Source of the DNA: Oscillospiraceae bacterium | GTDB lineage: Bacteria > Bacillota > Clostridia > Oscillospirales > CAG-272 | Direction of reading: 5' to 3' | Assembly: GCA_015063955.1 (NCBI GenBank) | Contig: SVTD01000003.1 | Coordinates: 3,952 to 67,951 of the forward strand | DNA: 64,000 nucleotides | In this document: in pieces, positions 9,105 to 17,953 of the stretch | How positions within the stretch are numbered: the stretch's first letter is position 1 | How the letters are laid out: each line of letters begins with the position of its first letter | Position numbers and translations under genes: made by a program | The notes under the pieces: model-generated | What the model saw: only the letters and a program-made list of their open reading frames with translations | What the model was told of the DNA's origin: nothing | Database searches by the model: none

Positions 9105-9133
9105 ATTATATCACGGTACCGTGATGCTGTCAA
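9105..9133 (-). promoter_or_regulatory. sigma-A promoter of the TA operon with a palindromic operator in its spacer
   Basis: Minus strand TTGACA-17 bp-TATAAT; perfect 16-bp palindrome ATCACGGTACCGTGAT at 9110-9125. Confidence 0.8.
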
Positions 9134-9249
9134 TAGCTTATTATTACACACGATTCAAGAGTCCACACACAAAATAAGACGTTGCCATTACCGTCGGGCA
9201 GGGTTATAATATTACCGTAAGCTTACAAAATACGTTTTTGGAGATATTT

Positions 9250-10173
9250 ATGAATACAACTGTTTTTTCCGAGAATTTAAAGAAATTCCGAATTGCCAAG
9301 AATATGACGCAGGAACAGGTAGCAGAAATACTTTGCGTTAATGCTCAGACCGTTTCAAGGTGGGAATGCTCTAGCACTATGCCTGACGTTATGACACTTC
9401 CCGTGCTTGCGAAGCTTTACGGCGTGACTGTGGACGATCTCTACAAAAAGCATTCCGTTGCTTATGATAACTATGCACAGCGACTGTCCTCCGTTTATGA
9501 AAAAAGCCGCGATCCCGAGGATTTTTTGCGCTGTGTGCTTGAATACAAAAAGCTGATAAAAAACGGAGAGCTCTCTATGTCAGACAAATGGAACTATGCC
9601 ACGGTTCACCATTTTATGCTGCGCCACTGTAAAAACGTTGCGTTGGAATGGTATGACAAGGCAATAGCAGACGGTCCCAATGAGGACCCACACATCTACA
9701 GTCGGGCGCGTGCGCTGAGAGCAGACCTTATGAATGAGCTCGGAAAGATCGACACGGTGATCGCAGAACAGACAGAAAAATGCAATCAATTTCCCGACAA
9801 CGGAATGGAATGGGAATACCTCATTGAATCATATCTTATCGCGGGGAAATACGAAGATGCTTTTAAAATTTACGAAGAGGCTGTAAAGCGTTTTCCCGAA
9901 AGCTGGAGGCTTTATTTCCACGGCGGCGAGATCTACGAGCATATGCAGAAATACGATGAGGCTTTTTACTGTTGGGATAAGGCAGGAGAACTTGGCACAG
10001 ATTTTTATGACGAATACTACGCAAAGGCATCCTGCTACGACGATATGGGAGAGTATGAGAAAGCCTCTAAGATATATCAGGAAATTGCAGAAAAGCTTTT
10101 GGCAGACGGCTATGATGAGGAAGCTGAAATGGCAAAAGAAGAATCCTTACGCATCAAGCTGAAAATAAAGTAA
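9250..10173 (+). CDS. XRE-family HTH regulator with TPR repeats
   Basis: NLKKFR..KNMTQEQVAEIL.V..QTVSRWE HTH and C-terminal TPR-like helices; upstream TTGCCA-17-TATAAT. Confidence 0.85.
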   Translation: MNTTVFSENLKKFRIAKNMTQEQVAEILCVNAQTVSRWECSSTMPDVMTLPVLAKLYGVTVDDLYKKHSVAYDNYAQRLSSVYEKSRDPEDFLRCVLEYKKLIKNGELSMSDKWNYATVHHFMLRHCKNVALEWYDKAIADGPNEDPHIYSRARALRADLMNELGKIDTVIAEQTEKCNQFPDNGMEWEYLIESYLIAGKYEDAFKIYEEAVKRFPESWRLYFHGGEIYEHMQKYDEAFYCWDKAGELGTDFYDEYYAKASCYDDMGEYEKASKIYQEIAEKLLADGYDEEAEMAKEESLRIKLKIK

Positions 10174-10190
10174 TCCTGAAAGTATTTGGC

Positions 10191-10224
10191 AAAAGAATGG
10201 GGCAGTTGAAAAACCGCCCCATTC
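10191..10224. terminator. Terminator between convergent spoIVB and XRE-TPR genes
   Basis: GAATGGGGC...GCCCCATTC hairpin. Confidence 0.65.
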
Positions 10225-10225
10225 G

Positions 10226-11242
10226 TTATTCAGCCGCGTCCATCATATTATCGATAAATATCCCATACCCGCGGCAGGGATCGGAGACGAGGACGTGAGT
10301 GACGGCGCCGACGAGCTTTCCGTCCTGCACTACGGGAGAGCCTGACATTCCGCGGACTATTCCTCCGGTTTTTTCAATAAGGGAGGTATCGCTGACCGTT
10401 ATGAGAAAATTCTTATTCTTTTCCCCCGAGTCCTCAAGGCAGGTGATCTCTACGCTGTATTCACAGACGCCCTCACCGTCCACCGTTGAAAGGATGGTTG
10501 CACCGCCGTTCTTTACCTGCCCCTTTGGCATAAGCTCTATTTCCCGTGCTTCAAACCCTTCCGGAAGAACAGTGATATATCCGAATACTCCTCTCTGAGT
10601 ATTCTTATTCACAACTCCAAGCTTTTCGGAATGAAAATCTCCTTTAAGCTCTCCCGGCTCTCCTTCCTTTCCCTTTATAACACCGGAAACTGTTACCTCA
10701 GAAACAACTCCCTTTGAAAAATCGCACAGCTCTCCCGTATCGCTTTTCAGAATACCGTGACCGAGTCCGCCGAATCTGCCCGTGTCCTTTTCTATATAGG
10801 TAACGGTGCCAAGCCCGGCCGTGGAATCCTCAAGCCATATGCCAAGGCGCCATTCTCCCGTTTCCTTTGACAGTACCGGCTCAACCTCTACGGACAGCTC
10901 CTCTTTTCCCCTCAGTATACCAAATCTTACAGACGCACCGTTACCGCCTTTTACGGCTACAGTCACGTCGTGGGCGCAGGTTACCTCTTTGCCGTCTATC
11001 ATTTTTATAATATCGTTTTCCATAAGCCCCGCATCCTTTGCAGGTGACAGGATACCGTTTTCGGTTTCTATTTCGTCAAAGCCGCCGATCTTCAGCTCCC
11101 CCGTCTGAAAGCTTACTCCGAAGGGCATACCGCCGAGGATCACCGTTTTCTTCTTTCCCTTAGCCGAAGCCGCAGGACATAAAAGAATGAGAAGTGCCAA
11201 GGATACGGCAACTGCGCTCCTCACTTTATTTATATATTTCAT
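10226..11242 (-). CDS. spoIVB: SpoIVB serine peptidase (S55) with PDZ domain
   Basis: Signal peptide, GGMPFGV, PDZ region, GLGHG, TGGIVRGMSGSPVVQDGKLVGAVTHV; RBS GGAGG before ATG 11242. Confidence 0.95.
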   Translation of the reverse strand: MKYINKVRSAVAVSLALLILLCPAASAKGKKKTVILGGMPFGVSFQTGELKIGGFDEIETENGILSPAKDAGLMENDIIKMIDGKEVTCAHDVTVAVKGGNGASVRFGILRGKEELSVEVEPVLSKETGEWRLGIWLEDSTAGLGTVTYIEKDTGRFGGLGHGILKSDTGELCDFSKGVVSEVTVSGVIKGKEGEPGELKGDFHSEKLGVVNKNTQRGVFGYITVLPEGFEAREIELMPKGQVKNGGATILSTVDGEGVCEYSVEITCLEDSGEKNKNFLITVSDTSLIEKTGGIVRGMSGSPVVQDGKLVGAVTHVLVSDPCRGYGIFIDNMMDAAE

Positions 11243-11463
11243 ATTGCCTCCATTCTGGACTTTATGATTATTTCGTACAGCTTTAATTTGTGCAGAACTC
11301 ATCCTTTGTATGAATTGAAAAATTATAGACCGCTTCAAAACTTATCCATTTTGCTTTTCTACATCCATTTTAGTCAATTGTATAAATTGTATTCAAGCCG
11401 GTTGCTTTTAGTCAATCACCTAAAACCCGTATCCCCTGATTTCATTGGAGATTTTTCTTTCAG

Positions 11464-11492
11464 TAATATTTTTTATCACGCGAGAATACAGT
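11464..11492 (+). promoter_or_regulatory. Possible sigma-E promoter of the ylmC/ymxH gene
   Basis: TAATATT-14 bp-AATACAGT resembles the sigma-E consensus. Confidence 0.35.
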
Positions 11493-11524
11493 ATATAAAT
11501 CTCATTATTTCGGAGGCTTACCTG

Positions 11525-11809
11525 ATGGCTTGCAACACAAACGCTCTTTCGGGCAAAATAGTTATAAATATTTGCGATGCCCGAAAGCTCGGGCACATAA
11601 TAAACTACGAGATAGACCTTTGCGACGGGCGGATAACTGCCGTTTTCGTTCCCGGTGAGGGCGGATTTCTCGGTCTTTCCAGAAGGAACGACATCCGCAT
11701 CCCCTGGGACAGGATAAAGAAGATCGGAGAGGACGCCATTCTCGTTGACGTTCCTCCGCGCCCCGCAGAATGCGCTCACCCTCCTCAGAAAAAGCATATT
11801 TTTCATTGA
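11525..11809 (+). CDS. YlmC/YmxH family sporulation PRC-barrel protein
   Basis: L.GK.VINI.D.R.LG...EID..DGRI...IPWDRIKKIGED.ILVD pattern. Confidence 0.9.
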   Translation: MACNTNALSGKIVINICDARKLGHIINYEIDLCDGRITAVFVPGEGGFLGLSRRNDIRIPWDRIKKIGEDAILVDVPPRPAECAHPPQKKHIFH

Positions 11810-11852
11810 AATCACGGTCACAGCTCTTTGCTGTGACCTGTTTTTTATTAGA

Positions 11853-11881
11853 TTGACAAACGGGGGAATATATAGTATAAT
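11853..11881 (+). promoter_or_regulatory. sigma-A promoter of the wecB operon
   Basis: TTGACA-17 bp-TATAAT. Confidence 0.8.
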
Positions 11882-11918
11882 AGCTTATATATATTTATTT
11901 TTAAGGATGGGTTACGTT

Positions 11919-13019
11919 ATGATCAAAGTACTTTCCGTTTTCGGTACAAGACCTGAAACTATAAAGATGGCTCCCCTGGTTAAGGAGCTTGCTACACGTC
12001 CCGAGATCGAAAGCATCGTTTGCGTTACCGGTCAGCACCGTCAGATGCTGGATCAGGTTCTCTCGGCTTTTGATATCAAGCCCGATTACGACCTCGATAT
12101 TATGCGCGACGGACAGACTCTTACCGACATCACCGTCCGTGTTCTTGAGGGCATGAACAAGGTCATCGCCGAGGTTCAGCCCCACATCGTTCTCGTTCAC
12201 GGCGATACATCCACAGCATTTGCTTCAGCAATGTCTGCTTTCTATAACAGAGTACCCATAGGCCACGTTGAGGCAGGCCTTCGTACCTACAACAAGTACT
12301 CCCCCTATCCCGAGGAGATCAACCGTCAGTTCATCGGCACCGTTGCGGATATGAACTTCTCTCCCACGGAGAAGGCAAAGCAGAACCTTATCAATGAGGG
12401 CAAGGATGCCTCTACCATCTACGTTACCGGTAACACCGCCATCGATACGATGAAGCTCACCGTCCGCGAGGATTATTCCGACGAGACGGTCGAGTGGGCA
12501 AAGGATTCCCGCCTTATCGTTCTCACAGCTCACCGCCGCGAGAACATCGGAGAGACGATGAGAGGTATGTTCCGTGCTATCAAGCGCATCTGCGAAAAGC
12601 ATACCGACGTTAAGGTAGTTTATCCCGTTCACCTTAATCCCGCAGTCGTAGCTGCTGCAAACGAGGTTCTCGGAGATATGGACCGCGTCCGTCTCATCAA
12701 GCCCCTTGAGGTATTTGAATTCCACAATCTTCTTGCGAAGTCCTATATCATCCTTACAGACTCCGGCGGAATCCAGGAGGAGGCTCCCTCTCTCCATAAG
12801 CCCGTTATCGTTCTCCGCGATACCACCGAGCGCCCCGAGGGCGTTGAGGCAGGAACACTCAAGCTTGCGGGTACTGACGAAAATGTTATCTACGGTATGA
12901 TCGACGAGCTTCTTACAAGCTCAGAGCAGTACGAAAAAATGGCAAGTGCAAAGAACCCCTACGGCGACGGCTACGCTTCCAGAAGAATTGCCGATGCCAT
13001 TATCGAAAAATTTTCATAA
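11919..13019 (+). CDS. wecB: UDP-N-acetylglucosamine 2-epimerase (non-hydrolysing)
   Basis: FGTRPE, TGQH, VHGDT, HVEAGLR, TDSGGIQEEAP, NPYGDG motifs. Confidence 0.95.
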   Translation: MIKVLSVFGTRPETIKMAPLVKELATRPEIESIVCVTGQHRQMLDQVLSAFDIKPDYDLDIMRDGQTLTDITVRVLEGMNKVIAEVQPHIVLVHGDTSTAFASAMSAFYNRVPIGHVEAGLRTYNKYSPYPEEINRQFIGTVADMNFSPTEKAKQNLINEGKDASTIYVTGNTAIDTMKLTVREDYSDETVEWAKDSRLIVLTAHRRENIGETMRGMFRAIKRICEKHTDVKVVYPVHLNPAVVAAANEVLGDMDRVRLIKPLEVFEFHNLLAKSYIILTDSGGIQEEAPSLHKPVIVLRDTTERPEGVEAGTLKLAGTDENVIYGMIDELLTSSEQYEKMASAKNPYGDGYASRRIADAIIEKFS

Positions 13020-13034
13020 TTTCAAGGAGGCAAT

Positions 13035-14576
13035 ATGACCGGCGCAGTCCAGCTTTATAAAAAAGCAAAGCTCGGCATGACGAATATCGCTCCTGCCGCT
13101 CTCTTTGCACTTCTCATAATCCAGCCCCTCCTTGATATTATTTCCTACTGGGCAAACGAGTGGAGCTTCACCGCTCTCACTACCCTCGTCCGCTTCGGAA
13201 TGTTTGCTTTCGTGATGGTATACTGCTATATCATCTCCGACAAGAAGAAGGTATACGTTATCGGCTCTGCCGTTATGCTGTTATACTGGATATTCCACAT
13301 GATAGCCTGCTTCAGGGCTGAGGGCGGCTACGTTTCCATCGTGGGTGATATCAGCAATTTTTTCCGCACAGTCCATCTGCCCTATTTCACCTTCGCCTTC
13401 ATAACCGTTTTCAGAAAGAGTGATAAGGTACCGGAATACGTGCAGAAGGCCTTCTGCATCAATATGATAATTATGATGCACGCTCTCGTCATCTCATATA
13501 TGACGGGCACCCAGATATACACCTATGGCGATAAGGGCCTTATGAGCTGGGCAAGCGTTCACAATTCCCAGAGCGCGATCCTTGCCTTTATCGTTCCCCT
13601 CATGCTTCTCTACGCTTACAATAAGAAAAACAAGATAATGTACTACGTTATCGCAACGGTATGCCTTATCAACCTGTTTTTCGTAGGCACGAAGGTGGAC
13701 TATTTCTCCATCTTTATCATCGCCATCGGTATGATGGTGCTTCTCCTTATCGAAAAGGAGAAGGATCTGTTCTATTACGTTACCCTCTTTCTCATCGCAA
13801 TACTCTGCGCCCTCTGCTATAATCAGTCCATCGCCTTTGACGTAAAGATCACACACGAGGTAGCAATGGACGTAAAGCAGGATTACGTTGAGGAGGTTGT
13901 TGAGCAGGATCCCGGCGAGGCACCTCTTCCCGACCATATAAGCTGGGAGATCTTCGATTCTCTTTCTCCCAAGGAAAGATTCGATATCCGCAAGGTATAC
14001 GATCTCTATCTCGGCCCAATGGTCCAGCGGTACGGCTTTGAAAGAGTGTTCGAGCGGTATAACTTCAGCCTTGTGGTAAAGGAGCTTACCGCCGCGCGGC
14101 AAATGAAGGTCCATTTTGCTGAAATGGCATTTGAGGATGCCAACACTATGACAAAGCTCTTCGGCTATGAATATAAGACTCTGGTCTATGATTATACAAG
14201 AGTCAATAGCGAGGGAAAGACTGTAACCACACAGCACAATTACGATCTTGAAAACGACTTCCCCTCCGTATTCTATTACAGCGGATACGTGGGCTTTGCG
14301 ATCTATATGCTCTTTATCGCATACTTCGTGGGACTGATAATCGTTGCAGTCATCACGAAATTCAAAAAGTGCGTCAACCTTGAAAACGGTCTTCTTGCCA
14401 TCACGTTTGCGCTGGCACTGGGCTGCAGCCAGTTCTCAGGAAACGTACTGCGCCGTCCCAATGCTTCCATCTATATGTCCGTCATACTTGCCTACATCTA
14501 TTATGTGACGGTGGTTCGTGAAAATGTCCGTTTCCGTGATCTTTTCTCAATTTTTAAAAGAAAGAAAAAAAGCTGA
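13035..14576 (+). CDS. O-antigen ligase/polymerase-like membrane protein
   Basis: About 12 TM helices, a large extracellular loop and GTK and ENDF motifs; lies between wecB and a GT2. Confidence 0.65.
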   Translation: MTGAVQLYKKAKLGMTNIAPAALFALLIIQPLLDIISYWANEWSFTALTTLVRFGMFAFVMVYCYIISDKKKVYVIGSAVMLLYWIFHMIACFRAEGGYVSIVGDISNFFRTVHLPYFTFAFITVFRKSDKVPEYVQKAFCINMIIMMHALVISYMTGTQIYTYGDKGLMSWASVHNSQSAILAFIVPLMLLYAYNKKNKIMYYVIATVCLINLFFVGTKVDYFSIFIIAIGMMVLLLIEKEKDLFYYVTLFLIAILCALCYNQSIAFDVKITHEVAMDVKQDYVEEVVEQDPGEAPLPDHISWEIFDSLSPKERFDIRKVYDLYLGPMVQRYGFERVFERYNFSLVVKELTAARQMKVHFAEMAFEDANTMTKLFGYEYKTLVYDYTRVNSEGKTVTTQHNYDLENDFPSVFYYSGYVGFAIYMLFIAYFVGLIIVAVITKFKKCVNLENGLLAITFALALGCSQFSGNVLRRPNASIYMSVILAYIYYVTVVRENVRFRDLFSIFKRKKKS

Positions 14577-15565
14577 TGTATAAGTTAAGTATTATCGTTC
14601 CCATATACGGAGTTGAAAAATATCTGAACACCTGTCTTGATTCTATTTATTCACAGGCAACGGACGAATGTCAGATCATCCTTGTAGACGACCAGTCTCC
14701 CGACAAATGCGGCGAGATCTGCGAGGAATATAAGGCAAAGTATCCCGAGCATACCACGGTCATCCATCAGGAGAACCGCGGTCTCGGCGGCGCCCGCAAT
14801 GCGGGAATGGAGAGGGCGCAGGGCGAGTATCTGTTCTTCATCGACAGCGATGACTATCTGCCCGATGATACTATCCCCCACATTCTTCACAACATAAAAA
14901 GATTCGGTGCTGACGTTTTCGTGTTCCCCTTTAATCTCGTGGATGAGGCAGGGAATATTCTCGGCAAATACAGAGACGATTTTGTTCCCAAAACTCCCAT
15001 AAGCGTAAAGGATGACAAGGCTGTTCTTACAGGCATCCCCAGCGCGTGGAATAAGGTATGTAAAACAGATCTGTACCGCAGGCTCAATATTACTTTTCCC
15101 TCACGTGTGTGGTATGAGGATATAAGAACTACTCCAAAGCTCCTCTCAAAGGCAGACAGCGTAGTATTCCTTGAACGCGAGATGTATAATTATCTTCAGA
15201 GAGAGGGCTCCATCATGTCCAGCACAAAGGTGGAAAGAAACGTTGAGATCATCGAAGCCCTTGAGGACCTTCTGGATTGGTTTAAGAAGGAAGGTACGTA
15301 CGAGGAATTTCGCGAAGAGATCGATTATCTCATAATCGATCACGTTCTGGTTTCTGCAACGGTTCGCGTTCTGAGAAGCGCAGGCAAAAAGCATCCTCTC
15401 ATCGAACAGCTTAGAAGCTTTACAAAGGAAAACTGCCCTTCCTTTACCAGCGGCAAAAACTACTACGTAAAGCACCGTATGCCCCGCTCGAGAAAGATCA
15501 TCTACAGTCTTCTCAGAAAGAAGATGTACTCGGCAGTCAAGCTTATTTTCAGAATAAAGAAATAA
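14576..15565 (+). CDS. Glycosyltransferase family 2
   Basis: SIIVPIYGVE, VDDQSPD, NRGLGGARN, FIDSDD, YED motifs. Confidence 0.92.
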   Translation: MYKLSIIVPIYGVEKYLNTCLDSIYSQATDECQIILVDDQSPDKCGEICEEYKAKYPEHTTVIHQENRGLGGARNAGMERAQGEYLFFIDSDDYLPDDTIPHILHNIKRFGADVFVFPFNLVDEAGNILGKYRDDFVPKTPISVKDDKAVLTGIPSAWNKVCKTDLYRRLNITFPSRVWYEDIRTTPKLLSKADSVVFLEREMYNYLQREGSIMSSTKVERNVEIIEALEDLLDWFKKEGTYEEFREEIDYLIIDHVLVSATVRVLRSAGKKHPLIEQLRSFTKENCPSFTSGKNYYVKHRMPRSRKIIYSLLRKKMYSAVKLIFRIKK

Positions 15566-15609
15566 AAGACAAAAAAGCCTCCGTTTTTTCCCGGAGGCTT
15601 TCTTACTTG

Positions 15610-16344
15610 TTAATTATTATTTATTATCCTCAGAAATCTCTCAACGTAGCAGGAATCAAGCTTGCAGTTTTCGTATCCTGCGGTGCTTGCTTTCTTGGGA
15701 ATATCAAGGGCAGTCAGCGCAAGGTCAAGCTCCTCAAGCTCAAGATACGTGTCCTCGTATCTCTCGATATCGGAGTTTGTCGTAGGCGCTGTAAATACGG
15801 TCATCTCACCGTCCAGATATATTTTGTAGTAGAAGCTGCCCTTTTTATCGTATTCCGTAAGGGAATGCTTCTTCTTTCCAAAGCCCGTTTCTATCCTTTC
15901 AACGTCCGAGTAGCCGTACTCCTCGCCGGAAAGATTGAAGGGAGAGACCTTGACGATCCTTTCGGGCGTTACGTATGTAAAGCTTGTAAAGCAGCAGTAT
16001 CCGATGAACAGCCAGACCAGCGCAATAAGGATATTCCACTTTCCAAGCTTTTTTAGTATCGCAAACCAGGCAGGATCCTCGGGGTCCTCACTCTTTGGCA
16101 AAAGCTTGCCCTTTATAAGGGGAATAACGGTGCAAACCCCAATGCACACGGGCACTGCAACGATTATTGCCAGCATATTTGAGCACAGAGGGGTATTTTC
16201 AAAAAACAGATAATCCTTTGGGAGGATCGTGCTTTCCAAAAGAAGATCTATTGCAATGAATCCGCCTATCGTTACGGCAATGGCAACAAGGACCACAGCC
16301 ACGGAAATAAGTATAAATAAAACATATCTCAGAGTATTTTTCAT
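15610..16344 (-). CDS. Hypothetical membrane protein
   Basis: Three TM segments plus a soluble C-terminal domain. Confidence 0.65.
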   Translation of the reverse strand: MKNTLRYVLFILISVAVVLVAIAVTIGGFIAIDLLLESTILPKDYLFFENTPLCSNMLAIIVAVPVCIGVCTVIPLIKGKLLPKSEDPEDPAWFAILKKLGKWNILIALVWLFIGYCCFTSFTYVTPERIVKVSPFNLSGEEYGYSDVERIETGFGKKKHSLTEYDKKGSFYYKIYLDGEMTVFTAPTTNSDIERYEDTYLELEELDLALTALDIPKKASTAGYENCKLDSCYVERFLRIINNN

Positions 16345-16356
16345 ATGCCTTGTCCT

Positions 16357-16878
16357 TTATTGCGCCTTGACCGTTACCGACAGTTCGCCGGAAAGCTCAA
16401 AGTGCTTTTTATTGTAAACTGCCAGTATCTCACCCTTGCCGTCCTTCCCAACGACGAGATAGAACCCGTCGCCCTCCGTACAGCAGGAGTAAAGCTTTTC
16501 GGCGCTGACCTTCTTTTTCCAACGGTAAACGGAATTCGGGATCTCATATCTTCCGTATTCCGAAAACTTAAGGACGTATTGTGTGTCGTAACGGCCGATG
16601 GGGCCATCACTTTTTTCGGAGAGCCGATCCGTCACTATGATAAACTCTCCCTTTGAGCTTTTTCTTAGCTTCAGGATATAAAAAACCGAGTAAAGGATTA
16701 CCACGGCATCAAGACCGAGAGTTATCTGAGTTATGGAAGTAAAGCCGTATTCCAGATACCCCATAACGGCTATCAAAGTGCAAAAGACGGCGGCAAACGC
16801 AAAAAACCATACGTATCTTACAACTAAGTCGCCAAGGTCCCTTTTTACGTTTTTTGCAGTCAACAGCTCTTTTCCCAT
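16357..16878 (-). CDS. Hypothetical membrane protein
   Basis: Two TM segments; start placed after RBS GAAAGGA. Confidence 0.6.
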   Translation of the reverse strand: MGKELLTAKNVKRDLGDLVVRYVWFFAFAAVFCTLIAVMGYLEYGFTSITQITLGLDAVVILYSVFYILKLRKSSKGEFIIVTDRLSEKSDGPIGRYDTQYVLKFSEYGRYEIPNSVYRWKKKVSAEKLYSCCTEGDGFYLVVGKDGKGEILAVYNKKHFELSGELSVTVKAQ

Positions 16879-17137
16879 AAAACATATCCTTTCAATTTTT
16901 CTATATCCTATCACATTTCCGGCAAAAAATCAAACAAAAAAGTAACAAAACGGGACAAAAACGGCTTTTTGGGTAAAAGCACCCTAAGGCCCGAATTATG
17001 AAGGAGCTTGAGAGGCTGTCACCGGTTTTTATAAATTTGATAAATAAAAACAAAAGTTATTTACAAAAGCAGGAAAAAGTAGTATAATAAAGTGAATATT
17101 TTTATCTATATCTCCATATAAGAAGGAGGGGTGCTCT

Positions 17138-17932
17138 ATGCTTTGCTGCGGACGTACCGACGTGGGCAAAAAAAGAAAAGTTAATCAGGACAGCTTTTTT
17201 TGCGAATATTTTGATAACGGAATGATGCTTTGCGTCGTTTGCGACGGTATGGGCGGTGCTGCCGGCGGCGGTATCGCTTCCGGTCTTGCCTGCACAAGCT
17301 TCGTTGACAGCATTACTGATTTTGCCGAGGGCTACACCCCGCCCGAAAAGCTTACCCGAACTGACGAGCGCATTATCCGCAAGGTTCTGGCTGATGCCGT
17401 TGACTGCGCCAACAAGGCTGTTTTTGAAAAAGCCCTGGAGGATATCTCTCTCACCGGAATGGGTACGACCCTCGTTGCCACCCTCGCCGTCAACAGAACT
17501 CTTTTCACCGTCAACGTAGGCGACTCGAGAATGTATCTCATCAAGGACGGTGTCGCCCAGCAGATCACCAAGGATCACTCCTACGTGCAGTACCTCGTTG
17601 ATACCGGCAAGATGACGGAGGAGGAGGCAAAAAGCTCCCTCAACAGAAACATCATCACGAGAGCTGTCGGCACGGATACCGTGGTGGAGCCCGACATCTA
17701 CCTTACCCGTCTTCCCGAGACAGCGCCCGGAGCTCTGCGGGACTACGTAGGTCTTCTCTGCTCCGACGGTCTTACCAACCACGTTTCTCCGGAGGATATC
17801 GGCGCCTGCGTCAAGCACGCCTGCGCGGTGGACTCGGACAGACAGCTCGGCCCTCTTTGCGAGATACTTATCGATATGGCAAACGAAGGCGGCGGAAGCG
17901 ACAATATCACGGCAGTAGTTCTCACCGTCTGA
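17138..17932 (+). CDS. stp: PP2C-type Ser/Thr phosphatase (Stp1/PrpC)
   Basis: TDVG.KR..NQD, VCDGMGG, NVGDSR, LCSDGL, DNIT motifs. Confidence 0.93.
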   Translation: MLCCGRTDVGKKRKVNQDSFFCEYFDNGMMLCVVCDGMGGAAGGGIASGLACTSFVDSITDFAEGYTPPEKLTRTDERIIRKVLADAVDCANKAVFEKALEDISLTGMGTTLVATLAVNRTLFTVNVGDSRMYLIKDGVAQQITKDHSYVQYLVDTGKMTEEEAKSSLNRNIITRAVGTDTVVEPDIYLTRLPETAPGALRDYVGLLCSDGLTNHVSPEDIGACVKHACAVDSDRQLGPLCEILIDMANEGGGSDNITAVVLTV

Positions 17933-17953
17933 TGATTGCCTATAGGAGGTCAA

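Noticed and set aside
7418-10350. CRISPR array or diversity-generating retroelement as explanation for the repeats
   Set aside because: Repeats are 120-bp coding tails separated by whole genes; no cas or reverse transcriptase gene; differences are not confined to adenines
11264-11918. Long N-terminal extensions of the ylmC, wecB and spoIVB ORFs in the track
   Set aside because: They run through promoters and terminators; downstream ATGs have proper RBSs and match family starts
16940-17040. Possible structured RNA in the divergent intergenic region before stp
   Set aside because: Only short weak hairpins and no recognisable motif
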